Positions 1 through 11,931 of a stretch of 64,000 nt of DNA are shown here, piece by piece. The notes beneath the pieces were generated by a model. That model was given only the letters and a program-made list of their open reading frames with translations, had not been told where the DNA came from and made no database searches. Positions within the stretch are counted from its first letter, which is position 1. Every line of letters starts with the position of its first letter. A program made the translations under genes and the position numbers. This stretch comes from Macrostomum lignano (Eukaryota), in NCBI GenBank assembly GCA_002269645.1, contig NIVC01000431.1, positions 58,242 to 122,241 of the forward strand, given 5' to 3'.

Positions 1-1433
1 CTGCAGAGATTTTATCATGCGAACAATTTTAGACAATTTGTCAGACACTTGAGTAACATGTAGTACTTAGAGGTGCATTTAGATTTTTAGAATCTCACCA
101 AATAGTTTTTTGGATAGATATTGTCCACAAGCCGAACGCCACCGCGGCTTGCACATGCCACAGCAGCCCTGGCAGCGACCTGGTGCAACAATAAATTTTG
201 TGTATAAAAAATTTAGCATGATGCTCATTTTGTTGAATTCACTAATGGTTTTAATTTATATTGTCTGGCAGTTTGCGGAGTGCTGCCAAAATAGTTCTAA
301 GGATATCAACATCACAATGATTGACTTCCTATTCTTTGGAGGAGGACAAGTTTGAATGCATTAAGAAACTTTATATTTTATAATTCTTTCTAAACTGTAT
401 ATTCTTAATGCTCTTTTGCTACTATTTTTTCATTTAAAATTTTGGCTGCATTTTTGCATAAACATCAATAAATTAAAAAAGCCTTTTACTTTAACAAACT
501 TATCCTGTTGTCTTTGTGCATACATAGCTACAAAATTTAAGCTTTGAAAATACACTTCAGTACTCAATTTTGCTTTTTCCATAATGCATTAACAAATTTA
601 CACATATCTAAATCATAATCAGCTCCTAATATTGTCGATTACAGTGTGTCCATGGAAATATCAATAATCTATATCCATTCATTGGCACTTCTTATCATTT
701 TATTGATGCTTCTTGTCCACTTACTTACTAATTATCAATTACCAATACCAATGCCTTTTTATCTATTTACCAACATTCTTAAAATAAAAAAGAAATCATT
801 TCTAGTATTAAAATTATCTGTGCATGACTATACATGCTTCTTTGCTAGTATGTTTGCTTTCTAAAAAAACTCTAAAGAATAAAATAGTGCATTTAAAATT
901 ATAGTGTACTATTTCTAGTATAATAATATAAATAGTCTAGTCAGCAACTCTAGCTAGCTGGCCATCTCATCTAAACAAAGTTGTACTACCCAGAGCCAAT
1001 GCAGGAGTTGCTACTGCTAATGATACATGCACCTTACTAGCAAGGGCAGGCACATACTTGGCACTTTGTTGACTGTCTGCTGGCTGATGTTGGTATACCG
1101 AACATTGCCGACAGTATAACCAGTGGCGCACCTAGGCCTTTGTGATATTGTCTACTAATTGATTGATGTATTTTGTTGTAATTTATTATTATATATACTA
1201 TTGCTATATCATTTTTAAATCCAACCTTAGGCACACAGATGTATAAGCTAAATATGTACTTTTTAGTGTCTAATTTTGTATGCTAAATACCGACTGAAAA
1301 AAACCACATTTGCTCCAATATTCATTTAATAAATAATAAAACTAAAATAAATAGCTATTTATAAAATACCAAACTATCTGCTATAGAATAGAAAAAATTA
1401 TTTGTAGTTGACTTATAACTAAATGATTTTATT

Positions 1434-1826
1434 TAGAGGTCAGACGGGATTGAAATCTTTGGGCGGGATCGGGACTGGGAATAATTTTTTCTTGGGATCG
1501 GGATCGGGATTCGGGAATTGGGATCAGGTCTTTTAGTGTATTTTCCATATAAAGTTAAACAAAATTGAGAAAAGATTGTCAAGATCAAGAAGTAAAACAC
1601 AACAAAATTGATATGAAGTTTTGTAACCAACAAAGTAAATAATAATGTAACGAGTACAAGTTAAAGCAAAACCTTCAAGTAATCACTAATTCTATAAATT
1701 ATTAATTGAAAGACCTGTTCCCGAATCTTGAGTTTTTTAGGGTCGGGATTCTGGTCCCACAGGAATTCAATTTTCCTTGGGATCCCGAGATTTTGGGATT
1801 AGGATCAGGATCCCGTCCAACCTCTA
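1434..1826. mobile_element. hAT-type MITE
   Basis: Imperfect TIRs TAGAGGTCAGACGGGAT / ATCCCGTCCAACCTCTA; exact 8-bp TSD ATTTTATT (1426-1433 and 1827-1834); internal GGGATC repeats; no ORF. Confidence 0.8.
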
Positions 1827-2594
1827 ATTTTATTTAGAAATTTATTTCAACTTATATTTTTTATTTTGGATTGTTTTTGGCTAGTGCAAAGATGCCAGAT
1901 TACATCAAAGGTCTAATACAGGGTCCAGATTATGTAGTAGTATACATTAAAACAAGAGTATTAATTAAATTATGTCAATATATACCAAAACAAAAGTCCT
2001 TAAAATATGTCAAAATTTCTTGTAAAAAGGTAATTTAAAAAATTGAATTATGCAAAACATTTTAAGCAATCAATTTCATTAACTTTATTTTTTATAAAAT
2101 ATTATTAAATAAAAAATATAATATTATTTATTTATAAAATATAAATCCAAATATACTTTTATACTAAACATTTCAAGCATGTATATACATAGGCCCTAGG
2201 GCCTAGCATGAATTTATTCACTAGAATTTATATACCAAAAACTGCATTAACTTTTAAACCAAAAGTTTCTCAAGCTCAAAATGGTAAACAAAAATAGCCC
2301 AACTTTCAAATTCAAATAGTATACCAGATTCTGGCATATATATATATATAACTTTCTAGACTCTAAGATACACTTTCAAGATATAATATATGATAATAGA
2401 TAAATAGTCAAGAGGCACATGACTAAGACTGCTACATACCAAGACTGCCACAGCTATTACTAGCTATTGGTATTAGGGGAGAGCTAATAATATTTTATCA
2501 TTCATTCATTGCTATTCCTCTCATAGGCCTAGTCATAGATTCCTCGCTCGCAGGCTTGTCCTGCTGGCTTTCCTACCTACTTATCTTCTCTCTC

Positions 2595-2944
2595 GCACCA
2601 TTTAATAACACATTGAGCCAGATTCCTCTCCTAGCTTCTAAGTGTGGTGGTCTTGGACTTGGTGTGTGGCAGTCTTGGTCTTATACTACCTAGTCAAGAT
2701 GTTAAATAGTTATAATTATAATTATAAATTTATAATTATAATTATAATTTATAACAATTTATTAACAATTTATAATTATAAATTGTTAAAATTATAAAAT
2801 TAAAATTAAAGTTAAAATTAAATTGTAAAATTACTATTTAACATCTTGACTAGTGTAGGACCAAGACTGCCACACACCAAGTCCAAGACCACCACACTTA
2901 GAAGCCAGGAGAGGAATCCGGCCCAATGTGCTATTAAATGGTGC
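2595..2944. repeat. Foldback/long inverted repeat (arms 2595-2710 and 2833-2944) with an almost purely A/T spacer
   Basis: The reverse complement of the left arm aligns to the right arm with 6 substitutions and one 4-bp insertion; spacer 2711-2832 is TTATAA-like low complexity. Confidence 0.85.
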
Positions 2945-4255
2945 AGGGTTAGCGCTATCCAGGTCAAAAGCCATGCAGACCTGCTCAACACGATCCAAGG
3001 CAGAGCGTGTAGGCTCATCTGCAACGCCACCAGGTCCACGCCCTTTGCTGGCATGGGGGCCTTCCTTAATCTTCCGCCTCTTGACCTCTTGATCAGGGAT
3101 GAGGCGGCTAGAACGACGCGGCGTCTAATTGATGCCGGCGTCAAATTCATTTACATGAGAGCACCTGCTAAGCGGAACCTTGTCTCGCATAGCGATCTGT
3201 GCCTCAACTTTCTCAACGAGTGTCAGGCCAATCGCGTCTTCACCGATGGCATTGCCTCAACGCTCAACCTGAGACAGCACTACTCTGTAGCTATTGACTC
3301 GCGCGATAACATCAATGACCAATGGAACCTTGGTGAGCTTCATTGCTACACCGACAGTTCTAAGCAGTCAGCCAACACCGGCTTTGGTGTTGGAATCTTT
3401 CTGAATGGGAGGGTCATCGCTACCCACGCTCAATACACTGGGGTCAACTCCAATGTTTTCCAAAATGAAGTTCTGGCCATCAGCTCCTGCACTGCAGAGC
3501 TTCTCGCCACTGGCGTTACTGGTAAGAACATCATTTTCCATTCGGACAGCCAAGCTGCCTTGCACGCCATCAGTGGCTACAGCACCAACTCTGCTACAGT
3601 CCTCGACTGTATCAAACTCCTCAATGTGTTGGGTTCTGCCAACAAAATTACCATTAAGTGGGTTCCGGGGCATGTGGGGATCCGAGGAAATGAGTTGGCT
3701 GATACCCTTGCAAAAGTTGGTGCCTCCGGCTCCTCTCTCGGTCCCGAACCCCTTGTCCTGATTCCTGGCTGTGTCATCGACTCGCGCATCAAAGCGTGGA
3801 TCAGGACTCAGCACCGCTCAACTTGGGCAAACCGCACGAACTGCAGGCAATCCAGAGGCGCTGTCCCTCAGCCCTCTCACCAGCTCCGGAAGCTCCTCTT
3901 GCGCCTCTCGCGCAGAGACATCCGGGCTGCCACCATGACCCTCTCTGGTCATGGCTGCTTCTCCAGGCACCAGTACCTGCAGGGCAACGCCACCAACGCC
4001 ACATGTAGTTTCTGCAACTCAGGTGACAAAACCGCTGAGCATTTCGTCAGCATCTGTCCCGCCTTCATGCGGGCCAGACTCACTTACCTCGGGCCACACA
4101 CATCTATTACTGATGCGTGCAAACCCGAAAACTTTAATCAGCTCATGCACTACCTTCGGGCCACCCGCAGGGCTGAACTCTCCTTTCCAGAGAGCACTAT
4201 AGCTGCTGGCGACACTGGGGGACCTCCCTGGGCGGCGCCAACCCTCCGTCCATAG
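2846..4255 (+). CDS. 5'-truncated non-LTR retrotransposon ORF2 C-terminus: RNase H plus C-terminal CCHC-like motif (R1/LOA/I-group-like)
   Basis: RT thumb-end motif QGRAC...STP...LPPLDL; RNase H residues YTDSS, E, SDSQAAL, WVPGHVGIRGNELAD; C-terminal CSFC...EHFVSICP. The first ~30 codons come from the adjacent inverted repeat. Confidence 0.85.
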   Translation: MTSVGPRLPHTKSKTTTLRSQERNPAQCAIKWCRVSAIQVKSHADLLNTIQGRACRLICNATRSTPFAGMGAFLNLPPLDLLIRDEAARTTRRLIDAGVKFIYMRAPAKRNLVSHSDLCLNFLNECQANRVFTDGIASTLNLRQHYSVAIDSRDNINDQWNLGELHCYTDSSKQSANTGFGVGIFLNGRVIATHAQYTGVNSNVFQNEVLAISSCTAELLATGVTGKNIIFHSDSQAALHAISGYSTNSATVLDCIKLLNVLGSANKITIKWVPGHVGIRGNELADTLAKVGASGSSLGPEPLVLIPGCVIDSRIKAWIRTQHRSTWANRTNCRQSRGAVPQPSHQLRKLLLRLSRRDIRAATMTLSGHGCFSRHQYLQGNATNATCSFCNSGDKTAEHFVSICPAFMRARLTYLGPHTSITDACKPENFNQLMHYLRATRRAELSFPESTIAAGDTGGPPWAAPTLRP

Positions 4256-4352
4256 CGATGCGTCAGCCATTCAGGGACTAGCGGAATGGGTGCCCGCGCC
4301 TTCTCGCTGTGTCCCCTCCAGGACAGCCCTGCAGCTAAGTCAAGTAAGTCAA
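2938..4352 (+). mobile_element. LINE 3' fragment including 3' UTR and short TAAGTCAAG tail
   Basis: ORF above, ~100-bp 3' UTR ending taagtcaagtaagtcaa; RT core absent; no TSD seen. Confidence 0.75.
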
Positions 4353-5950
4353 AGGCCTAAAAACACATAGTCTAGGTTTTTTCACTGGTGCAATGATGCA
4401 AAATTGCATCCAAGATTCCAAGGTCTTATTTGAGGTACAAGTTTGAAAGCCAAGTTACTATTATAGTATCCTAATCACAAAAATTACTTACGAGGCATTT
4501 TTATATTATAGGACTGGCTAGACTAGCAAGCTTTCTTTATCCTGGTCAGCTTGTGATGGATGATGAGATTCAAATGTACAGACAAAACAATTTAACTGCC
4601 TAGGCCCTAGACTAAGCGTGCATAAAGTTTAAACTTAGTGATCGTGTGGCTCTTGATTCTTAAATCGATTGACTTCCTGTTGTTAATGTTAGGCTACGCT
4701 CTAAAGCCAATGTGTGATAGCTAAGAAAAAAATTTCTACATTGACATTTAGGAATCGCGAATAACATTTGCCAAAAAGCGAGAACTGATCAACAACAGAG
4801 CTAGCACTGTCTTAACTTGACTTGATCAAAATTAAAATTGACATTGGCCGAGGATTATTTTTTAATTTTTGTTCTTAGAATAATCAACGATTGTCGTGAT
4901 GATGTACCACCAGTTCGATAATAAAGAGAGCCTGTTTTCACACACCATGCGATTCAATCCGCAACCAGAGCCACTAACAAAAAGCAGTATAAAAATTCTA
5001 TTTTATAACCTTAACTTGATCTCAAGTGAAATCATGCCAGATTTTTAGCTAAAATTTGCTTTGCAGTAGTTCTGGTGATGGAAAGCCTTTCGTGCCATAT
5101 GCTGCTGTTGTACCGTCCTTAGTTTAAATAATTTCAATCACACGTTTTATAGTAACAGCTGGTTTGGAGCTGATAGCTTATCATACACTCTACGCCTTTT
5201 GCGAGCGAAGGCTGCAGCAGCTTCAACATACAGTGTATCTCAGGTCGATCTGACCTGCAGGCATGTTTGAAACGAACCCGTTTAAATTGTATTCATTATA
5301 CTGTATGATGCAGTTGTTTCTCTCTGAGTAAGGAACGTTGTGTTAGACGCACCGGGGGGGGGGGGAATTACACTATAAGCTAAGAACACTTTCGTCAGGA
5401 ACTCGACAAGGACACTCAAATTAAGTCGAATATCGCCCGAGACTGTGTGCTAGCTGCCGCGAAAGAAGCTGCTGCAGCCAGAAGATAGTCTATAGTAGTC
5501 TAGTAGTCCTTGCACTGAAGTGGAGAGCACACGACTTAGAGTTACTTAATTAGTCGTCCTTGAGCACACGTCGATCCAGGCGCAGTCAGCTAGGCTTTCA
5601 AATCGCATGCAGCAGGCGCAGCATGACAAGCGATCGAGAGTGGACGATTTAGTGTAGCAATCAAAACCCGCTAATTACAGTATAAAGCAATCCGACGTCG
5701 GCCGATTTTTCGAACATCGTCTTATAATTTTGCAATGCCACTATAGAAAATGGGTTTTACAAACATTGCACCGCATTCGGAGCTGACATGCAGCGTAACG
5801 CGTAGACTGAAAATTCGAACGGAATTAAAATTCCAAAATCCCACGTCACGACTCGGGAGGACGATACTAGAGACTAACAGCTAGGGCCATATGTCAGATT
5901 TGAAAATACATGTAATGAATGGTAATAATTATGTATATTGTGCGTGCAAT

Positions 5951-6295
5951 GGGGTTTTATTAGCCAGTGGTTAGATTTTCCGGACTGATCAAGAGTGAAA
6001 GGTTGGGGGTTCAATTTTTGAACCACTCGGGAAAAAATTGAGTACTAGAGTACAAGACACTTATCCTCTGAATTGCTTCAGTTCACCCAGTTGTAAAATA
6101 CGAGCGTATGGTGCCAGTGGCTGGCATGGAGTATAATTGCAGATCAGGTGTGTGGCGACCCCCATGCAGTCTTTTTGACTGAACAGCCGTTCGCAGTCTT
6201 CGAACAGATGTGCCGCGCAATAGCTGCGGTTGAACTTTCAGTTGCACATCTGCCCATTGATCGAAGCAGTCGTAGCAATTACTATTATTATTTTT
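5951..6295 (+). mobile_element. Decayed tRNA-derived CORE-type SINE
   Basis: Degenerate A/B boxes; CORE-like caagacactt...gcttcagttcacccagttgtaaaat; 3' part nearly identical to the copy at 50105-50403; (TTA)n-like tail. Confidence 0.75.
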
Positions 6296-6834
6296 ACATG
6301 CTAGACAAACACATGTTTCTGAATTTGATCTCTAAATATAAATGCGTGGCATGAAAGTAAACGAGTCAACGACATTTATGCAGTTTGACAGTATAAATGG
6401 TGCACTCTAAATTTTAACTGCATTGATATAGATACATTTGCACACTGTACGTAATTGAATAATTCAATTATCCTAATTACATGTACATATAAAATGACAG
6501 CTGCACTTTTAAATTACGCTAAATGATGGGTTTCGACCTTCCGGCCTCCTTGTGGGGAAGCCTTCGGGCCACAGGTCTCAGAAATAAATCAATTAGAGAC
6601 CTGGGCCCCCACTCCTGTCAGATGGTCAGCCCCATGGTAGCTTGATCGTGTGGCGAGCAGTCTAGGTCCTATAGCTAAGAGAGGGACAGCGAGAGACAAG
6701 CAGGGAGAATTTTGAAGGTAGAAATTAGTTAATCCGCAGATTAGCTAACTCGCTGCCACCAGCCCGTGCGTCCTGGCTCACCACACCGGGACTCTCGAAA
6801 TCGGGCTTCCGACTAGAAGGGGCTTTGCACTTAC

Positions 6835-7262
6835 CTGCCAACTAGTGTCTTTTTGCTGTCTATCTCGAAGTCATAGCCGATGATAAGGGACACTGCTGGG
6901 ACTTGATCGCATTGGCCATGCAGGTACAGAGGGGACTTGTGCAGGGGATTCTTGCAGTGGCGAGACTATGTGGTAGCTACATGTACTATTACATTGCTAA
7001 ATACCTGGTACGAAGAATTGTACTTTTGGCCTTCAACGCGCCAACTAGCCTCTCATAGCGCTGATGATAGACTAACTCGAACTTCAGAGACCGCATTATT
7101 CATTACCCGAGCCGCTTGGCTACCCTAGAGTGCACAAAGTACATCTCTGGCGCCGATTTTGCACCATTGGCAATTTTGCTCATTGATTTGATAGATTGAT
7201 CGACTGAGAACTGCCTTGCCATTGGTCCACTGTGACCGGCGCCTACTAGCTTAGCTACTCAT
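6835..7262 (-). pseudogene. Fossil coding exon of an unidentified Cys-containing protein
   Basis: Frame bounded by a CAG acceptor followed by ATG and a GTAAGT donor; ~140 codons with 4 in-frame stops and no apparent frameshift (...CQWCKIG...HCKNPLHKSPLYLHG...IGYDFEID). Confidence 0.35.
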
Positions 7263-7802
7263 CTGAGCCACCGGCGAACAAAGAAACAAAACCGATAACA
7301 ATAACTGTTAGATTTAACCTTCTCCTTAGATCACTTCACACTTCAGATTGAATTGGAGTTTAGACTACTAGCAGTATTATTGAATGACTTCTGCCTCAGC
7401 AACAGCACTACTGAACAAAATGAGCAAAAGTGTGCGCCTAATCCAGCTACTGAAACAGGGGACAGATAAGGGATCACCCAATCAAGCAAGTCTAGGTAGC
7501 CTCTCACCCAACCAATCAGAAACTCAACAGCCGGAGACCAGGAAATCCACAGTGACCGAATCGGCTTAGTGCTTCGCAGCTGTAGACCCGGGATGGTGCT
7601 GATGTCACATTCTTCGCTGATAGCTAGCAGGTGATGCTCTTCCCTTTGACGTTCACTGCTGATGACCGAGGGGACTCGTCCTTGATGATGATGGGGGGAA
7701 GTCGCAATCCGGGGATCAAGAAACGACGGTCGTGCTCCGGGAACCAGAAGTTGCGCGCTGGGCCCGAGCCAAAGTTGAGTCCGAGCGGGCCAAAAACTCC
7801 GG

Positions 7803-7936
7803 TTTAAATAGCCGCCAACTGGACCGCAGTTTGTTATAATGGAACACGACGATTCTGATTGGCTGAGCCGTTTTGTTAAAATGAGCGCCGAATTTTCTGA
7901 TTGGCTAAGCTCGTTGCTACCCAGAATCACGTGACC
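7803..7936 (-). promoter_or_regulatory. Pol II core-promoter-like cluster (E-box, two CCAAT boxes, TATA-like)
   Basis: On the minus strand: CACGTG, two AGCCAATCAGAA ~42 nt apart, then CTATTTAAA, all in a consistent orientation. Confidence 0.45.
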
Positions 7937-9007
7937 GAGAGATCCTATCAGTTCCCACAGGGTCGTAAAAAGATGACAGGTGCGGCCATAAATCACTCAA
8001 AATCGCAACAAAATGATTTATGACTTTTCGCGTAGGATTGACGGAAATTAATGAAAAAATATACATTAGAAAGCTCTTATTGAATAGAAAGTGAAGATAA
8101 TGAAGAGAAATCGCTAATCGCTAATCCCAAAGTACTTTTAGGGGTAAAACGCATAGCTGTCAAAGCTGTCACACGCTTGAGTGAACACGAACAATAGGCT
8201 CTGACCTCATAAATCTTGATGGCCTGTCAAAATGATGAGAAAAAAGCTACCGCCCGCATCCTCTCAGACCATCTGGCGCCCGCCTCAACACTGAGTGAGG
8301 CGCAGGTGGCTGTCAGACCAGCTTCGAAAGCGATGATTTATGACCCAAAAAGCTGTACCTATGCTATTATGACTACTAGTATGACCAAACATTATATCTA
8401 GTATAGATTCTATGAAAATTCGCAGAAAAAGGATAAAAATGCCCATTGCCCACTGTTAGTAGGCAAGTAAGTTTAGAGCCCATGTGCTAGCGCGGGATTT
8501 GGAAAAAAGTGCGTCCTCATCATAAACTTTTTAGAGGCTCTGACATGTATATGGTTGCCTCAAAAATCGGGATAACGTATGCCTCCATAACTCAGCGTTT
8601 TGAAACAATTTATTTTCCAGTCTTCATCGATCCATTGATCATAGATCGATATCGGTGACTACAAACAGTGTAGTTGATGAATAAATGATACGTTTGCTGT
8701 TAAAATAATAATATATGTACTTTTAATTGGATTTCTCTATTAGCTTTGTCAAATACTAGTAAGGATGCAGGGATCGCAAGCCATGAGCTGCACCGGCAAA
8801 CTTTTCACCCGAGGCCTTTTTAATGGCCATCCAAACTGGTGCTTCTGTGCTGCGAGAATCTCGCAAGCCCAAAAGTGTTTCTACGTGGGACAATGATTCA
8901 GTCATAACAACACCCTCAGGATCTTACAGGCAGGCTCTGAGCCAATAAGCACATAAGCAGCAGGCTGAAGTCTAAACCGGAGAGGCGGTAGCTGAGATCC
9001 AACTGAC

Positions 9008-9309
9008 CAGGCGCGTCGCCACCGGGGGGGGACAGGGGGGACATGTCCCCCCCAGTAAAAGCTCTCGGGGGACATGCCAAGCTTTGTCCCCACCACCCCA
9101 CCTTGTGGTAATCAGTAATTTTTATACATGGCGCCAAATTATTGCGCCTTCGGCGCTAAAATGGGTGTCTGTGGCGCTAAAATGAGTGCCTGCAGCGCTA
9201 AAATGAGTGCTTGCGGCACTAAAATGAGTACCAAAATTTAGTCATGTACATGTACATATTGAATTCTTGGCTTTGTCCCCCCACCATTAAATCCATGGCG
9301 ACGCCCCTG
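9008..9309. mobile_element. hAT-type MITE
   Basis: TIRs CAGGCGCGTCGCCA / TGGCGACGCCCCTG; exact 8-bp TSD CAACTGAC (9000-9007 and 9310-9317); internal ~21-bp repeat gctaaaatgagtgc. Confidence 0.9.
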
Positions 9310-11094
9310 CAACTGACTGTGAACTGACAGCATAGCTAGCGCTCCATCAACAGGCTGAGCGGTCGCAGAGAGAAGCCCAACACAATCGTCGCTGCCAAGT
9401 CACAGGAAAATCGAAAGCAGCTGGTAGCCTCGCACTACTAGCTGGTGTTGAACGCGCTCGAGCCTCGTCTGCTTCTCCCACCAGCCTCCGGCCTGACACC
9501 CGGCCTGACACCCGGCCTGACACCCAATCCTTCTATATTGCCCCCCTGACGCTGCGTCTGGAGTTGACGGAATCCGACCGAGAGTTCTGAAGTTGCCTGA
9601 TCTTCTTTGATCAGACTGCTCAACCGCCACTGCTGTCTTGGTGGTGACGAGTCCACATCTGCCGCCATGCAGTATAGAAGATCTCAAAGATCATCTCCAT
9701 CCCCAATAAAGACAAACTCCATCAGCCAGCGCGGGATCGCCCTCGAAGTGCACTCTCAAAAATTTTCTGAACGACGTGCTGCGAAACTACCTGCTACTAG
9801 TGCTCAACGTGCGCATGCTAGCCTCACAGAGTGACAGGTCAACTACTGAGAGCAGGTGGTGGCAATCAGAATCATCATTGAAACCTGCGTAAGCCCGCCT
9901 CCTGCCGCGTTAAAGGCTTGGCCTGCTGCTTGAGCGGGAAGTCATGGACATGCACAGCAGTTCACATGGATGCACATGGATATGGACCCATTGCAGAGTT
10001 TCCAACCAGCTCTGGCGTTGCTGCAGGACGACCCCCTCTCCCCCTGCTGATCTTCCCTCACTACACACACCTCACACACATCATGACACACTTTACACAC
10101 TTATACACACCTAACAAACCTCACACACTTTCTTGCAGCCTTCCAGCTTTCACATGCTTTTACTGCCAAAGGCAGCTAGGGAGTTTTTAATTACTTAGAA
10201 CGAAGAAAGCCAGAATAAATTTTAAAAAGATATATGCAGAATAGTCAAGAAAAATCCTGCAGACAGAAATTACATTTTACTTTCGAATAATATTATAGCT
10301 AAATAGAGTTAACACATCCAGCGAGAAGAAAAAGGGGCTAAGCCGTAAAGGTACATGTATATGCTGTATCAGTATACAGACTGAAGTACAGCTTCACCGG
10401 AGGAGTACAGGGGAGAGAGCGGCAGAAAGAGTCTTTGCGTGCCCGGTGCTGGCTTACAAGCGGCTGGAAGCAAAGTACCGCCCGATGAAGCTGGAACCTA
10501 ATGCGGCCGTCTGATGCAGCTAGCATGTTGAAACTGCATGTTTGCTGAGACTGAACTAGGGTAGTCCCCAAGAAGGACAGTTACCGTTACTCGTACATGC
10601 TAGAGCCAAAATACAACCACTGGTAAGAACTGCATGCAGTTTCCGTAGACGGTCCTGCACCACCACAGAACCGGATTCTGAGGGTTTTACAGGCCAAAAT
10701 CTCTAGTTTATACACTTACAAGTACATAGGGTTCCAGATGAGACTGGAGCTAATCTATCGAGGCCGACGCTACGGCACTGCTCATATTTCGATCCCTCAT
10801 CCGCCTCCGGTTTCCTGCTTGCGTTACATTTCTATTGCTTAAGTATCGATATCTACTTGTGGGAATATAATTAGCACTTACTGTACGGTACATGTAAACA
10901 CAACTAAGAAGTCTAAAAGACATAGGTAAATTTTTGGTAGACACGGGGGCAGTTTAAGTGGAATTAACGTCATACTGTACATAAATATGCTCGTTTTGCA
11001 TCTGTAAACTAGTAAATCAATTCCAGAATCAAATCGCATCACATTAAATCGCAGTCTACATCCGGCAACTTCTTTCTTCAGTACAGAAATTGAC

Positions 11095-11931
11095 TCATAG
11101 TTTGCCTACGAGCCAGTGCACTCCAAAGTCAGTGGCTAGTGTCGTCAAAATAGTGCCAGCATAGCTTCCAACAACGGTGCCAACACCAGGTAGTATGAAA
11201 GTGCCAACTGCTGCCCCAGCTGTTAAAAGGAGAAAAGATTGCATGGTCACTAAATATTGATTTGCTATAAGTCGCGACATTTATTCTGCATATACATGTA
11301 TAATTATAGCTATACGCTGCATGTAATGTAGCTTTAAATGCACGCGTAGCTCTCGTATGTAGACGACAAGACAAGATAAAAAAGAGGTAAGCAGCAATTA
11401 ACGCATTCATACGACTCACTCGTATATATTGCATCACTCTCCTGAGTCTCACTCACCTGAGGATCCAGTTACACCAGTCAGGCGAGTAGTGACAATTGGA
11501 ATGGCGGTTTTCATTCCAGTAGCAAGTGCAGACTTAAATCCATTCTGTCTATAATCCTGCACCATGTTTTTACCAATATTGCCTGCATCTGCCACTAATC
11601 CAATGACGTAAAATAATTTTCCTGCTTTCTTAGCGCCTTCTCCGAACATCTTTCCATTGTTAACCATCCAATCTGGTATTGGAGTGTGCGGATCTGGAAA
11701 GCCAAAAATTTTGCTGTTAATATTCAAATGACTGTAATTACAGCCCTTGTGCGGCATATCAAATCGGAAGACCCATTCTGCGTAGTATTTTCCGTTTATT
11801 ATCTTCCCGAAATTGTCGATCATTATAAATGTTGAAGTGTGGCCGCCCGTGCCAATGCGATATCTTCCGGAATTCAGTCCGTTGATGAAATCTGTCAGGA
11901 CGTCAAGCCTCTCCGGAAAATCATCACTCAT
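11095..11931 (-). CDS. Glycine-zipper domain protein (~199 aa), 2 exons: 11931-11457 and 11219-11095
   Basis: GTGAGT donor and TTTTAACAG acceptor are phase-1 compatible. N-domain WVFRFDMPH..YSHLNIN...DPH; C-terminal AGAAVGTFILPGVGTVVGSYAG glycine zipper; ACAATG start downstream of a TTTGTAG acceptor. Confidence 0.75.

Noticed and set aside
3368-4270. Antisense and alternative-frame ORFs over the LINE, LTR element, WSC genes and exon 54132
   Set aside because: Shadow ORFs of GC-rich coding sequence with no motifs.
7343-7996. 217-aa minus-strand ORF
   Set aside because: It overlaps promoter-like motifs, has a non-ATG start and shows no protein-like motif.
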